Part shown: positions 35,687 to 45,129 of the stretch, one piece after another | Numbering within the stretch: the first letter of the stretch is position 1 | Layout: every line of letters begins with the position of its first letter | NCBI GenBank assembly: GCA_049515535.1 | Contig: JBEKTZ010000008.1 | Span: forward strand, 104,173 to 168,172 | Source of the DNA: Candidatus Aminicenantales bacterium | GTDB lineage: Bacteria > Acidobacteriota > Aminicenantia > Aminicenantales > UBA4085 | DNA: 64,000 bases | Direction: 5' to 3' | Position numbers and translations under genes: made by a program | The notes under the pieces: generated by a model | What the model saw: only the letters and a program-made list of their open reading frames with translations | Databases searched by the model: none | What the model was told of the DNA's origin: nothing

Positions 35687-38047
35687 TTATCTTCGCCCGC
35701 CCGCTTTGCTCGATTTCAAGCGGAAATTCACGTATTTGCGGAGGAACTTGACCGCATCGTCCGAGCGCCGGAAAACGGGGATTCCCGCCTCTTCCATTTG
35801 CGCCACCATGGGATCATAGGGAGCGCCCGCGTCGACGTTGACGACGAATGGCTTGTCGGTCGCGCGGAAGATCGCGATGAGCCGCGACGACGTGCTGTCC
35901 GGGCTATGGATCGTTTCCGGGTAGCCTTCGCCCGGCGCCAGCGTCTGCATGGCCGGCGTCATCGGCACGGGCGAGATGACGGCGCAATCCACGCCGGGAT
36001 CTTCGAGGAGCGCCCGGGCGCACTCGCAGAAAACCGCGTCATTGGCGACGGGGGTCACGTCAAGCGGGTTCTTGATGTCCTGGAGCTTGTCGATGCCGAG
36101 CGGCGCCAGGGCCCCGGCCAACCGCTTTTTCGTCGCGTCCGAAAGAGCGGCCAAGACGAGGCTCTCGCCGTTTCTGATGCTGTCCGACATGATCACGCTT
36201 TCGAAACCGGCGTTGCTGAGCAGACCGACGCGGTTGCCGCGCGCGGTTTTTCCCGCCAGGTCGCCCAGGCCTTTGATCATGTTTTCGAACTCGAAAATGC
36301 CGTCGGCGACAAAGACGCCGGCCTCTTCGAGCACGGCCTTGCAGACGTCGTATTCGCCGGCGACCGAGGCCGTATGGCTCGAGGTCGCCAGCCGTCCTTC
36401 GGGCGTCCGGCCGCTCTTGTAAAAGACGACCGCCCGCCCTTCTTTCCCGGCGATGTCCCTGGCCGCTTCGGCCAGAAGATAGCCGTCGCCCGGCTTGAAT
36501 CCCTCGGCATAGACGGCGAAAATTTTCACGTCGTCTTCGTCCTTCAAATAGTTCAGGTAGTCCGAAAGGCGGAGGTCGATCTGGTTGCCGAGCGACACGC
36601 CGTAGAGCGGCTCGTAGCGCTGGAGCTTGCTGACGCGACTGATCAGGAACGCCCCGCTTTGACTGATATAAGCCAGGTTCGACGTCGCGGTCTTCGGGAA
36701 TTTGAGCTTATGCTCCGGGATGAACGTCGTGTCGTACCGCCCCGGTTTGGAGTAGATGCCAAGGCAGTTGCCGCCGTTGACGACGGGGGTGAGGCTGCCC
36801 TGGGCGCGGCCGTCGGCAATGAGGCCGGTGATCCGCTCCTCCAGGCTGTGTGTCCCTTCTTTTTCCCCCATCCCTCCGGCGATGATGATGACCGAGCGGG
36901 CCTTGCCGTGGGCGATCAGGTCGGCCATGACGCCATAACACTGGTCGGCCGTGAGGGTGAGGACGAACAGGTCCACGGTTTCGGGAAGCGAGGCGACGTC
37001 CGGGACGCAGAGGCAGCCTTCGATCTGCCGCGGCCCGGGCTTGACGACGTAAACGCGCTCGGGAGGAAACCCGTTCTTCAAGACATTATTGAGGATGATA
37101 TGCCCGAGGTTCATCTTCTCGGAAACGCCGATGACGGCGATGGACGCCGGACGCAGAAGACGCCGGATCTCGGCGAACGGCCGGCCCGTGATGCCGATAT
37201 GCCGCCGCGAAAAGCGGCACAGCCCGTCGAGCGGCAGGAGTTTCCCGGCCCGTACCACGAACGGATTGACCTCGGCTTCCTCGATGACGTAGCGGCCGCC
37301 CGGCCGGAACGGCGAATAATGAGCGGCCAGCCCGCAAAATCCCGAATAAACGTCGCGGAGCTCCGCCGCGCCGAGGACGGCCGGCCGGCCGCGGAAGGGC
37401 TTGACCAGCTTGTCGTAGACGGCGAGCGGCTCCAGATGGGCCGAAACATCTTTTTTCTGAAGGAGATGCGCGGACGCGATCGACGTCGCTTTCCCCTCCT
37501 TGATTCTCGCGTTCAAATATTCGACTTCGACGCCGCCCGCCCCCATCGTGACGATCGGCCCGAATTCCCGCGAATTTCTGACACCGATCAAAAGCTCCGT
37601 CCCGAAGCCGACTTTTTCGTAATCCACCATTTCGCAGACGAGGACTCCGCGGACGTCCCGGCCGATCTCTTCGAGCGACGGGACAGCGGCGCCGTCGTGC
37701 CGGCCATGCGTCCCGGACCATTCCAGGAATCGGCGGGGGACTTCGGCGAGCATGCTCTTGATGCCGGCATTGACGGCCGCGGCGGCGTTCTTGACGAACA
37801 GGACTCCACCGACGTCGGTCTTGTGCTGGATGAGCGGCGCGACGATCTTCAAAACGAGGCCGGCCGACTTGAACCCGGCCAGCCTTTTGGCCCGGACAGC
37901 CTGCCCGCGTTTCACGAACACGAATCTCGGCGTCCGGATCCCGGCCTCTTTGAGCATCTGATAAACTTCATGTTCGAAGAGAAAGGAGCGGCCGTCGTTC
38001 TCGGCGCGGGCGAAGATCGGGTCGATATTCTTGAAAGGAATCGTCAT
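35687..38047 (-). CDS. acd: Acetyl-CoA synthetase (ADP-forming), fused alpha/beta (NDP-forming acyl-CoA synthetase family)
   Basis: CoA-binding and succinyl-CoA-synthetase-like ligase domains plus an ATP-grasp domain in one ~787-aa polypeptide. ATG at 38047 with GGAGA RBS. The long + strand ORF 35501-38374 is antisense to it. Confidence 0.8.
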   Translation of the reverse strand: MTIPFKNIDPIFARAENDGRSFLFEHEVYQMLKEAGIRTPRFVFVKRGQAVRAKRLAGFKSAGLVLKIVAPLIQHKTDVGGVLFVKNAAAAVNAGIKSMLAEVPRRFLEWSGTHGRHDGAAVPSLEEIGRDVRGVLVCEMVDYEKVGFGTELLIGVRNSREFGPIVTMGAGGVEVEYLNARIKEGKATSIASAHLLQKKDVSAHLEPLAVYDKLVKPFRGRPAVLGAAELRDVYSGFCGLAAHYSPFRPGGRYVIEEAEVNPFVVRAGKLLPLDGLCRFSRRHIGITGRPFAEIRRLLRPASIAVIGVSEKMNLGHIILNNVLKNGFPPERVYVVKPGPRQIEGCLCVPDVASLPETVDLFVLTLTADQCYGVMADLIAHGKARSVIIIAGGMGEKEGTHSLEERITGLIADGRAQGSLTPVVNGGNCLGIYSKPGRYDTTFIPEHKLKFPKTATSNLAYISQSGAFLISRVSKLQRYEPLYGVSLGNQIDLRLSDYLNYLKDEDDVKIFAVYAEGFKPGDGYLLAEAARDIAGKEGRAVVFYKSGRTPEGRLATSSHTASVAGEYDVCKAVLEEAGVFVADGIFEFENMIKGLGDLAGKTARGNRVGLLSNAGFESVIMSDSIRNGESLVLAALSDATKKRLAGALAPLGIDKLQDIKNPLDVTPVANDAVFCECARALLEDPGVDCAVISPVPMTPAMQTLAPGEGYPETIHSPDSTSSRLIAIFRATDKPFVVNVDAGAPYDPMVAQMEEAGIPVFRRSDDAVKFLRKYVNFRLKSSKAGGRR

Positions 38048-38115
38048 GGCATCGTCTCCGTTCACAAAAAGGGACAGGGATCCCCTTCCGAAATGAGGTC
38101 CATGTCCCGGAATTT

Positions 38116-38700
38116 TTATCCGGCGGCCCGGCGCCCCAATTCAAAAGCCCTGAGATTCGCCTCGAGGATCTTGTCGCCGCGCGGGGCGAAAAGGACCTTG
38201 ATGAATTCCCGCAGGGATTCCTCGCTCACGGCCAGGTCTTTAGCGGCGGCGCCGAGCAAGACCGTGTTCTGGGCTTTGCTCGTCCCCGCCTCCTTGGCCA
38301 GAGCTTCCGAGTCGATGACGAGGCTGTCCTTGAGCCCCCGAATATGGGCGAGCAGTTTTTCCTTGTCCGGATAATCGGGAATGTTGACGAACGGCGCGCT
38401 GCTTGTGATGACCTTGCCTCCGGGATGAAGGAAATCCAGATAGCGGAGCGCCTCGAGCGGCTCGACGCTGAGGATGAGGTCGGCCTCGCCCCGGGGAATG
38501 AGGTCGCTGTAGATCCGGTCTCTCGACAGCCGAAGGTGGGACTGGACGGCGCCGCCCCGTTGGGCCATGCCGTGGACCTCGGCCTGCTTGACGTTGAAGC
38601 CTTCCTTGAGCGCCGCGTTATCGATGACGAAAGCGATGGACAGAATGCCCTGCCCTCCGACCCCGGCCAGAATGATGTCCTGCTTGCGATGTGAGGCCAT
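38116..38700 (-). CDS. iorB: Indolepyruvate:ferredoxin oxidoreductase beta subunit
   Basis: IorB/pyruvate-ferredoxin-oxidoreductase-gamma fold. N-terminal ILAGVGGQG motif. ~194 aa. Confidence 0.8.
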   Translation of the reverse strand: MASHRKQDIILAGVGGQGILSIAFVIDNAALKEGFNVKQAEVHGMAQRGGAVQSHLRLSRDRIYSDLIPRGEADLILSVEPLEALRYLDFLHPGGKVITSSAPFVNIPDYPDKEKLLAHIRGLKDSLVIDSEALAKEAGTSKAQNTVLLGAAAKDLAVSEESLREFIKVLFAPRGDKILEANLRAFELGRRAAG

Positions 38701-38710
38701 GGCCCTCCTC

Positions 38711-40306
38711 CTATCCCCTGTTCTTCTTGCGGGCTTCTTCGAGGCATTCCCGGTCCGCCACGATCACGGACAATCCTGGATGCCCAATCTCTTCCTTCAG
38801 GATCCGGACATTTTTATCGTGGAACTTGGGCAAGGGAGTGATGACCCGGATATGCTCTTTCGGCACGCCTGCGCCCTCGATGATCTTCAGGAGCCGGTCG
38901 CCCGTGGTGAAGCTCGGTTGGCCGCCGGTCATGGCCACCGTGCCGTTGTCGAGGATGATGACGACCATAGGGGTATTGGAGGCCGCGGCGCTGAGCAGAG
39001 GAGTAATGCCCGAATGGCCGAATGTCGAATCGCCGATGACGGCGACCGCCGGAAAGACGCCGGCCTCGGCCGCGCCTTTGGCCATGCCCACGCTGGCCCC
39101 CATGCAGACGCACGAGTTGACGGCGTTATAAGGAGCGAAATAGCCGAGGGTGTAACAGCCGATATCGCTGAAAACGTTGGCTTTGCTCATCCCCTCCAAG
39201 GCTTTGTTCAGGGCCTTGAACGTATCGGCGTGCGGACAGCCCACGCAGAGTTGGGGCGGGCGGCCCGACAGTTCGAAATCGCTCGCCGCCTGCCGCTCGA
39301 GCGGCTTCAGACCCAACGCGGACCGGACGGTTTCCGGCGACAGCTCGCCGGCGAGAGGGAGGTGTCCGCTGAGCTTGCCAATGAGCTTTTTCCCGGGAAT
39401 GCCGTAGAGCCCCTTGATGCCGCGCTCGATCAGGGGATAGCCTTCCTCGGCCACGAGCACGGTTTCCACGTGGGCGACGAGCTTCCTGACCAGCTCCTCG
39501 GGAATGGGATATGTGGAGATCTTGAGGACCGACGGCTTCCTGGCCTCGGTCCGGATATTTTCCAGGACATAATTATAGGCGATGCCCGAAGCGATGATGC
39601 CCAGGGATTTGTCATCGGGGTTCAATTCCAGGCTGTTGAAGCGCGATTCATCGGAGAATTTAACCAGCTCGGGTTGGAGATCGAGGATCCGCTTGAACCG
39701 GGGCCGGGCGATCATGGGGAGGAGCGTCCAATGCTGCCGCGCCCCGTAATGGAGGTCGTTTTGCGGGCGGGCCTCGCGCGTCGCCACGCCGGCCCGGCTG
39801 TGCGACAGCCGCGTCACCATCCGGATCATGACCGGGATGTCCATTTTTTCGGAAAGATCGAACGCTTCGCGCGTCATGTCATAGGCTTCCTGATGGTCGG
39901 CGGGCTCATAGCAGAAGATCTGGGCGAACTGGGCGTAAAAGCGGCTGTCCTGCTCGTTCTGGGAGCTGTGCATGCTCGGGTCATCGGCCACGACGACGAC
40001 GAGCCCGCCGTTGGCGCCCGTGAGCGAGGCGCTCATGAACGGGTCCGCGGCCACGTTCAGGCCGACGTGCTTCATCGAGACGAGCGCCCGCTTACCCGCG
40101 AAGGACGCGCCGAGGGCTTCCTCGAAAGCCGTTTTCTCGTTCACCGACCAGGCTCCGCTGAAGGCCTTCGTTTTCAGGGAAAGCCGGATCAGGTATTCCA
40201 TGATCTCCGAGGCTGGAGTCCCGGGATAGGAGTATCCGGCCGTCAGGCCCGCGTGGACGGCGCCCAATGCCACCGCTTCGTCGCCGAGCAATATTTCTTT
40301 GTTCAT
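38711..40306 (-). CDS. iorA: Indolepyruvate:ferredoxin oxidoreductase alpha subunit (TPP-dependent)
   Basis: N-terminal MNKEILLGDEAVALGA...GYPGTP, a TPP-binding GDS..G region, and a C-terminal Cys cluster (CVGCPH). Confidence 0.85.
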   Translation of the reverse strand: MNKEILLGDEAVALGAVHAGLTAGYSYPGTPASEIMEYLIRLSLKTKAFSGAWSVNEKTAFEEALGASFAGKRALVSMKHVGLNVAADPFMSASLTGANGGLVVVVADDPSMHSSQNEQDSRFYAQFAQIFCYEPADHQEAYDMTREAFDLSEKMDIPVMIRMVTRLSHSRAGVATREARPQNDLHYGARQHWTLLPMIARPRFKRILDLQPELVKFSDESRFNSLELNPDDKSLGIIASGIAYNYVLENIRTEARKPSVLKISTYPIPEELVRKLVAHVETVLVAEEGYPLIERGIKGLYGIPGKKLIGKLSGHLPLAGELSPETVRSALGLKPLERQAASDFELSGRPPQLCVGCPHADTFKALNKALEGMSKANVFSDIGCYTLGYFAPYNAVNSCVCMGASVGMAKGAAEAGVFPAVAVIGDSTFGHSGITPLLSAAASNTPMVVIILDNGTVAMTGGQPSFTTGDRLLKIIEGAGVPKEHIRVITPLPKFHDKNVRILKEEIGHPGLSVIVADRECLEEARKKNRG

Positions 40307-40501
40307 ATCGAATTCCTCACGATGAAGCCTGGTGTTTTCGAAAAAGAAAGGCCAGGATACAACCGTCTCGAAAAAGAGTCAAGGCGGCCTTATTCCAATT
40401 AATTCGATAATTCCTATAAATTTATGTTGTATTAGGCGCGGGCTTGGAATATGATAAGGATAGTTGGTCTTTGTTCGTTCTTTTCGACAAAGGAGACCGG
40501 G

Positions 40502-40957
40502 ATGATCAAGCTTTCGACCAAAGGGCGTTACGGAACCCGGCTGATGGTCAATCTCGCCCGTCATCATAAAAACAGCAACCGGGCCGTCATCCTGAAAAAC
40601 GTGGCTACGGAAGAAGGCATATCCATCCGCTACCTCGAACAAATTATCATTCCCCTGAAAATCAACAAGCTCGTCAAAAGCATCCGGGGGGCCGGCGGCG
40701 GCTACATCCTCGGCCGGGAACCCGCCGACATCAAGATCTGCGACATCCTGGAGGCTTTGGAAGGGACGTGCAGCCTGGTCGATTGCCTCGAAGACGAGAC
40801 GTTCTGCGATAAGATCAAATCCTGCGGGACCTACGAGATCTGGAAGGGAGCCACCGATCTGCTGAGAGATTACTTCACCCGGATATCGCTCCAGGACGCC
40901 TTGGAAATCTGCGAGAAGAAAGCCGCGGGCTCCAGGAAAAAAGGAAAATCAAAATAA
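40502..40957 (+). CDS. Rrf2 family transcriptional regulator (IscR/NsrR-like, three conserved Cys)
   Basis: N-terminal wHTH (STKGRYGTRLMVNLA). C-terminal CSLVDC...C...C cluster ligands. GGAGACCGGG RBS before the ATG at 40502. Confidence 0.8.
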   Translation: MIKLSTKGRYGTRLMVNLARHHKNSNRAVILKNVATEEGISIRYLEQIIIPLKINKLVKSIRGAGGGYILGREPADIKICDILEALEGTCSLVDCLEDETFCDKIKSCGTYEIWKGATDLLRDYFTRISLQDALEICEKKAAGSRKKGKSK

Positions 40958-40971
40958 CGCGGCCCGCCGCG

Positions 40972-42360
40972 ATGGCAAAGATCTTTCGATTTCTGGCTTC
41001 GATCAAGCTGGCCATCATCCTTCTGATCCTGCTGGCCGTCGCCTCCATTCTGGGGACGCTGCTTCCCCAGATACCGCGGGGCTTCGAGCCGCAGGCGTCC
41101 GCGGATTGGATCGCCTCGTTCCAAGAGCATTATGGAAAGGCCGCCGTTTTTTTCGAAAAGCTGCAACTCATCAAGGTCTACCGTTCGGCCTGGTTCCTCG
41201 TGCTTCTCGGGATCTTCGCTCTCAACCTCATCGTCTGCACGCTGATCCGCCTCTCCCCCAAATATCGGAGGGCGTTCCGGCCGCGCCTCGAAAGCGATCC
41301 CGGAAATCTCCTGGCGCTCAAGACGAGCGCCCGCTTCAAGGCGAACGCGCCCGTGGCCGAAACCGCGGGCGAATTGAAAAGACTCCTGGCCGCCGCGCAT
41401 TACCGGGTCAGAGAGGCCGGCCGGGAATCCCGGATTCTTTATCTGGCCCGGAAAAGAATCTGGGGAATTTTCGGGTCGGACGTGGTCCATCTCGGCCTGC
41501 TCGTCGTTCTTGCCGGCGGTATCCTCAGCGGCGCGGGAAGCGTCCGGAGTCAAATCGAATTCTTCAACGAAGGAGACCTCAGGCCGGTCCCGGGCGCGGC
41601 CTTCGATCTTCGTCTCGACAAATTCGTCACCGAATATTATCCCGGGGGAAGCGTCAAGTCATGGAAAAGCACGCTGACCGTCCTCGAGCGACAAAATCCC
41701 GTCCGGACCCGGGTCGTCGAAGTCAACCGTCCCCTGACTTATCAAGGATATTCATTCTATCAAATGAGCTACGGCTGGAAATGGGACGAGGTGGCCGTCG
41801 AATTCTGGGTCAAAGAAAAAAGCGACGCGGCGTTTCTCCGCAAGCTCAAGCCCAAGATCGGCGAGCGGGTGCTCCTGGACGATAAAGGGCAAACATCGAT
41901 CTCCGTCGAGCGGTTCATTCCCGATTTCGTCCTCGGCGAAGGGAATAAGCCCGAGACTCGATCTCTTCAACCCGGCAACCCGGCCGCTCTGATCAAAGGC
42001 TTTCGCGGAGGAAAAGAAATCTTCTCGGGTTGGATCTTCGCCGACTTTCCAGATTTCGCCCAGATGCACGGCGCCGCGGAAACCGACCTCGTCTTTGAAT
42101 TCAAGAGATTCGACGCCGGGCAATTTCCGGTCATCGAAGCGGCCAGAGACCCGGGTGCCGTCCTGATTTGGCTCGGCTGCGCCCTGGTGATGCTCGGCCT
42201 CGGCCTCGCCTTCTACTGGCCGACCTGGGAAATCAAGGCGTCGCTCGCGGTGAGCCAGGGCAAAACCGAGGTGATCCTGGGCGGTATCGCAGCCAAGGGC
42301 CGGGAGGCGTTCGGCGCCGAATTCGAACGGATCGGGACGTCATTGAAGAGAACAAAATGA
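40972..42360 (+). CDS. resB: Cytochrome c biogenesis protein ResB/Ccs1 (System II)
   Basis: N-terminal TM helix, large periplasmic domain, C-terminal TM helices. ResB-like N-terminus (SIKLAIILLILLAVASILGT). Confidence 0.75.
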   Translation: MAKIFRFLASIKLAIILLILLAVASILGTLLPQIPRGFEPQASADWIASFQEHYGKAAVFFEKLQLIKVYRSAWFLVLLGIFALNLIVCTLIRLSPKYRRAFRPRLESDPGNLLALKTSARFKANAPVAETAGELKRLLAAAHYRVREAGRESRILYLARKRIWGIFGSDVVHLGLLVVLAGGILSGAGSVRSQIEFFNEGDLRPVPGAAFDLRLDKFVTEYYPGGSVKSWKSTLTVLERQNPVRTRVVEVNRPLTYQGYSFYQMSYGWKWDEVAVEFWVKEKSDAAFLRKLKPKIGERVLLDDKGQTSISVERFIPDFVLGEGNKPETRSLQPGNPAALIKGFRGGKEIFSGWIFADFPDFAQMHGAAETDLVFEFKRFDAGQFPVIEAARDPGAVLIWLGCALVMLGLGLAFYWPTWEIKASLAVSQGKTEVILGGIAAKGREAFGAEFERIGTSLKRTK

Positions 42361-43154
42361 ACGAATCGACTCTTTTTCTCATCGCCTTTATCTTTTATGT
42401 TCTTTCGACCATTTTTTATTTAATTTATTCCGCCCGCCTTTTTTCCCCGAAGCCCGGCCTGGCGAAAGCCGCTTCCGCTCTGGCTGTCTCCGGACTCCTG
42501 CTTCACACGCTGGCCCTCATCTTCCGGACGATCGAAAGCGGCCATGCGCCGTTCACGGATATGTACGAGTCGCTCTCGTTCCTCTCCTGGGCCTTAGTCA
42601 TCGCCTTCATCATCATCGACAGAAAATTCGGGATCCCCAGGATCGGATTTTTTCTCATGCTGATCGTCATTGGCCTTGTCGCCTTGGCCTCGTCCCCGCT
42701 CATGCCCAAACAGGCCATGCCGCTCGTCCCCGCTCTCCAAAGCTACTGGCTCTGGCTCCATGTTTCGGTGACGCTCGTCGGGGAGGCCTTCTTCGCCGTC
42801 GCCTTCATCACGAGCCTCATGTATCTCTCGACCCGGGACCCGGCAAAAAAGGAAAAGATGGACGCCGTGAGCTATCGCTGCGTAGCCGTCGGATTCCCGC
42901 TGTTCACGCTGGGCGGACTCGTCTTCGGCATGATCTGGGCCTTCCGGGCCTGGGGGACCTACTGGAGCTGGGATCCGAAAGAAGTCTGGAGCCTGATCAC
43001 CTGGTTCGTCTTCGCTCTTTACCTCCACGCGCGGATCGTCATGGGCTGGAAAGGGAGAAGAACGGCCGTCATCGCCGTCCTCGGCTTCCTGGCCGCCCTG
43101 TTCACCTACTTCGGCGTGAACTATCTGCTCTCCGGCCTGCACAGCTATGCCTGA
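42357..43154 (+). CDS. ccsA: Cytochrome c-type biogenesis protein CcsA/ResC (System II heme handling)
   Basis: Trp-rich WWD-type motif (WGTYWSWDPKEVWSL). Multiple TM helices with conserved His. ATGA overlap with resB. Confidence 0.8.
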   Translation: MNESTLFLIAFIFYVLSTIFYLIYSARLFSPKPGLAKAASALAVSGLLLHTLALIFRTIESGHAPFTDMYESLSFLSWALVIAFIIIDRKFGIPRIGFFLMLIVIGLVALASSPLMPKQAMPLVPALQSYWLWLHVSVTLVGEAFFAVAFITSLMYLSTRDPAKKEKMDAVSYRCVAVGFPLFTLGGLVFGMIWAFRAWGTYWSWDPKEVWSLITWFVFALYLHARIVMGWKGRRTAVIAVLGFLAALFTYFGVNYLLSGLHSYA

Positions 43155-43283
43155 ACCAGCGACGATGCCGGGAAACACCGGCCCCGATCATTCATTCATG
43201 GGATTTCGCCGGAGGAAGGATTTGACTCCGCGGATACGCGAACATAAAATGAAAGAGCCTTCGAAATCGCAAAGGAGAAACAC

Positions 43284-43805
43284 TTGAGGAAAGCGCTGAT
43301 TCCCGCCGCGTTTATCGCCATCGCCGTTTTTGCCCTCGCCGTGCTGAGCCAGGAATTCACCTATATCGGCGCCCAGAAATGCATGCCCTGTCACAAAGGA
43401 GAAAAGATCGGGATGCAAAGCCCGATCTGGGAAAAAAGCGCCCACTCCAAATCCTTCGTCGCGCTGAGCTCAGATCAAGCGGCAGCCGCCGCCCAAGCCC
43501 TGGGCATCAAAGATCCGGCGAGCGCTCCTCAATGTCTGAAGTGCCATTCGCCGCTCTTCGAAAAAGCCCCCGATCTCAAATCCGAGGCTATCGGCTGTGA
43601 AGTCTGCCACGGCCCCGGCAGCGAATATAAGAAGATGAGCAACATGCTGAACAAGGAAGCGGCCGTCAAGGCCGGCCTCAAGGTTTACGGGAGCCCGGAA
43701 GCCATAAAAACAGGGTGCCTCACCTGCCACGCCAACGCTCACGGCAAGACGTTCGATTTCGCCGCGGGTTGGGACAAAATCAAGCATCTCCGTCCGGGGA
43801 AGTAA
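43284..43805 (+). CDS. Tetraheme c-type cytochrome (secreted)
   Basis: Four CxxCH motifs (CMPCH, CLKCH, CEVCH, CLTCH). Signal peptide. TTG start 7 nt after AAGGAG. Confidence 0.75.
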   Translation: MRKALIPAAFIAIAVFALAVLSQEFTYIGAQKCMPCHKGEKIGMQSPIWEKSAHSKSFVALSSDQAAAAAQALGIKDPASAPQCLKCHSPLFEKAPDLKSEAIGCEVCHGPGSEYKKMSNMLNKEAAVKAGLKVYGSPEAIKTGCLTCHANAHGKTFDFAAGWDKIKHLRPGK

Positions 43806-43837
43806 GAGCGGCCGGAAGGATCCGGCCCGGATCGTGA

Positions 43838-44314
43838 ATGGCCATCAAGGAAATTCTCAAGCGAGCCGCGACCGCCCTTCTCATCATTGCGGGCGCTGCG
43901 ACATTAGCGCGCGCAACGACAAACGAGGATTGCCTGGCCTGCCACGGCGATAAAGCCCTCAAAAACGCCGCGGGTCGCTCGATGTTCGTCGATCCGGCGG
44001 CCTTCGCCGCTTCCTTCCACGGCCGGGCCGGGCTGGGCTGCACGGACTGTCACTCGGACCTCAAGAACGTCCAAGATTTTCCCCATATCCAAAACCTCCA
44101 GTCCGTTCGCTGCGCCTCATGCCACCAGGGCTTCGGTCGCCGCCGAGACCTGCCGTGGAGCCGGATCCACGCGGCCTCAAAGACGCCGGAAAACATTTGG
44201 GGAACGATCGTCAAGACGCTCTACCTCGTCCTCATTGTAGGGCTGATGGCGGCGTTCCTGGCGTTCATCGCCGCGGATCTCCGGCAGTGGAAAAGAACCG
44301 CATGGAAACGCTGA
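43838..44314 (+). CDS. Triheme c-type cytochrome with a C-terminal membrane anchor
   Basis: CLACH, CTDCH and CASCH motifs. Signal peptide. C-terminal hydrophobic helix. Confidence 0.7.
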   Translation: MAIKEILKRAATALLIIAGAATLARATTNEDCLACHGDKALKNAAGRSMFVDPAAFAASFHGRAGLGCTDCHSDLKNVQDFPHIQNLQSVRCASCHQGFGRRRDLPWSRIHAASKTPENIWGTIVKTLYLVLIVGLMAAFLAFIAADLRQWKRTAWKR

Positions 44315-45129
44315 CCGGGAACGGGCTCCTCCGCGACGACGAAATCATCCTCCGGATGAGTTTCGCCGAGCGGGCCCAACACATCCTGTTGATCATGACC
44401 TTTGCCGTCTTGATCGTCACCGGGCTCCCCCTCGTCTTGTTTAAAGCTCGGTTTTTCTCATGGCTCATGCCGTCCGCCGCGGCCTTCAATATCCGAGGCA
44501 TCGCGCACCGCGCCGCCGCGATCACGCTGATCGCCGATATCCTTTGGTATGCGGCTTACGCGGTCTTCACGGCGCGCGGGCGGGCCCATTTGCGAGAAAT
44601 GCTTCCGCGCCTTGCCGACCTCCGTGATGCTTGGCGGCTGTTTGGGCACAACTTCGGTCTGACCCAATTCCTGAATGCAAAGGGATGGTTCCGGAATTTT
44701 TTCGACAAGCATCCCGCCTGGCTGTTCCGCGAAGCGCCCGAGTTCGGCCGCTACAGCGTCTTCGAAAAATTCGAATTCTGGTCCATGGCCTGGGGCTCGT
44801 TGATCATGATCCTCAGCGGATTCTTCATTTGGGACGCGGATCTGACGATCAGGATCTTCCCGCTCTGGGTCCTCGATCTTTTCGTCATCATCCACAGTTA
44901 CGAAGCCGTTCTCGCCTTCCTGTCCATCCTCATATGGCACATGTACAACGTCCATCTCAACCCCGACGTTTTTCCGATGAGCCGGATTTGGCTCGACGGC
45001 AAGATCACGGGCCGCGAGCTGCGGACGCATCATCCCCTGGAATACAAGAAAATCCTGGAAGAGCGGAAGATAGCGAAGGGGAGCGGTGAGGATGATCTCA
45101 GCGGAAATGATCGAAGCCGCGGCGCTTGA
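44302..45129 (+). CDS. Membrane di-heme cytochrome b subunit (FdnI / Ni-Fe-hydrogenase b-type cytochrome family)
   Basis: N-terminal R.SF.ER..H....TF.VL..TGLPL signature of PF01292-type cytochrome b. His residues within 4-5 TM helices. Start overlaps the preceding gene by 13 nt. The track start at 44119 is an upstream in-frame extension. Confidence 0.55.
   Translation: METLTGNGLLRDDEIILRMSFAERAQHILLIMTFAVLIVTGLPLVLFKARFFSWLMPSAAAFNIRGIAHRAAAITLIADILWYAAYAVFTARGRAHLREMLPRLADLRDAWRLFGHNFGLTQFLNAKGWFRNFFDKHPAWLFREAPEFGRYSVFEKFEFWSMAWGSLIMILSGFFIWDADLTIRIFPLWVLDLFVIIHSYEAVLAFLSILIWHMYNVHLNPDVFPMSRIWLDGKITGRELRTHHPLEYKKILEERKIAKGSGEDDLSGNDRSRGA

Noticed and set aside
35501-38374. 957-aa + strand ORF
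   Set aside because: It is antisense to the well-supported ADP-forming acetyl-CoA synthetase gene (35687-38047, -). The sequence is Arg/Ala/Gly-rich with no domain signature, a typical high-GC mirror ORF.
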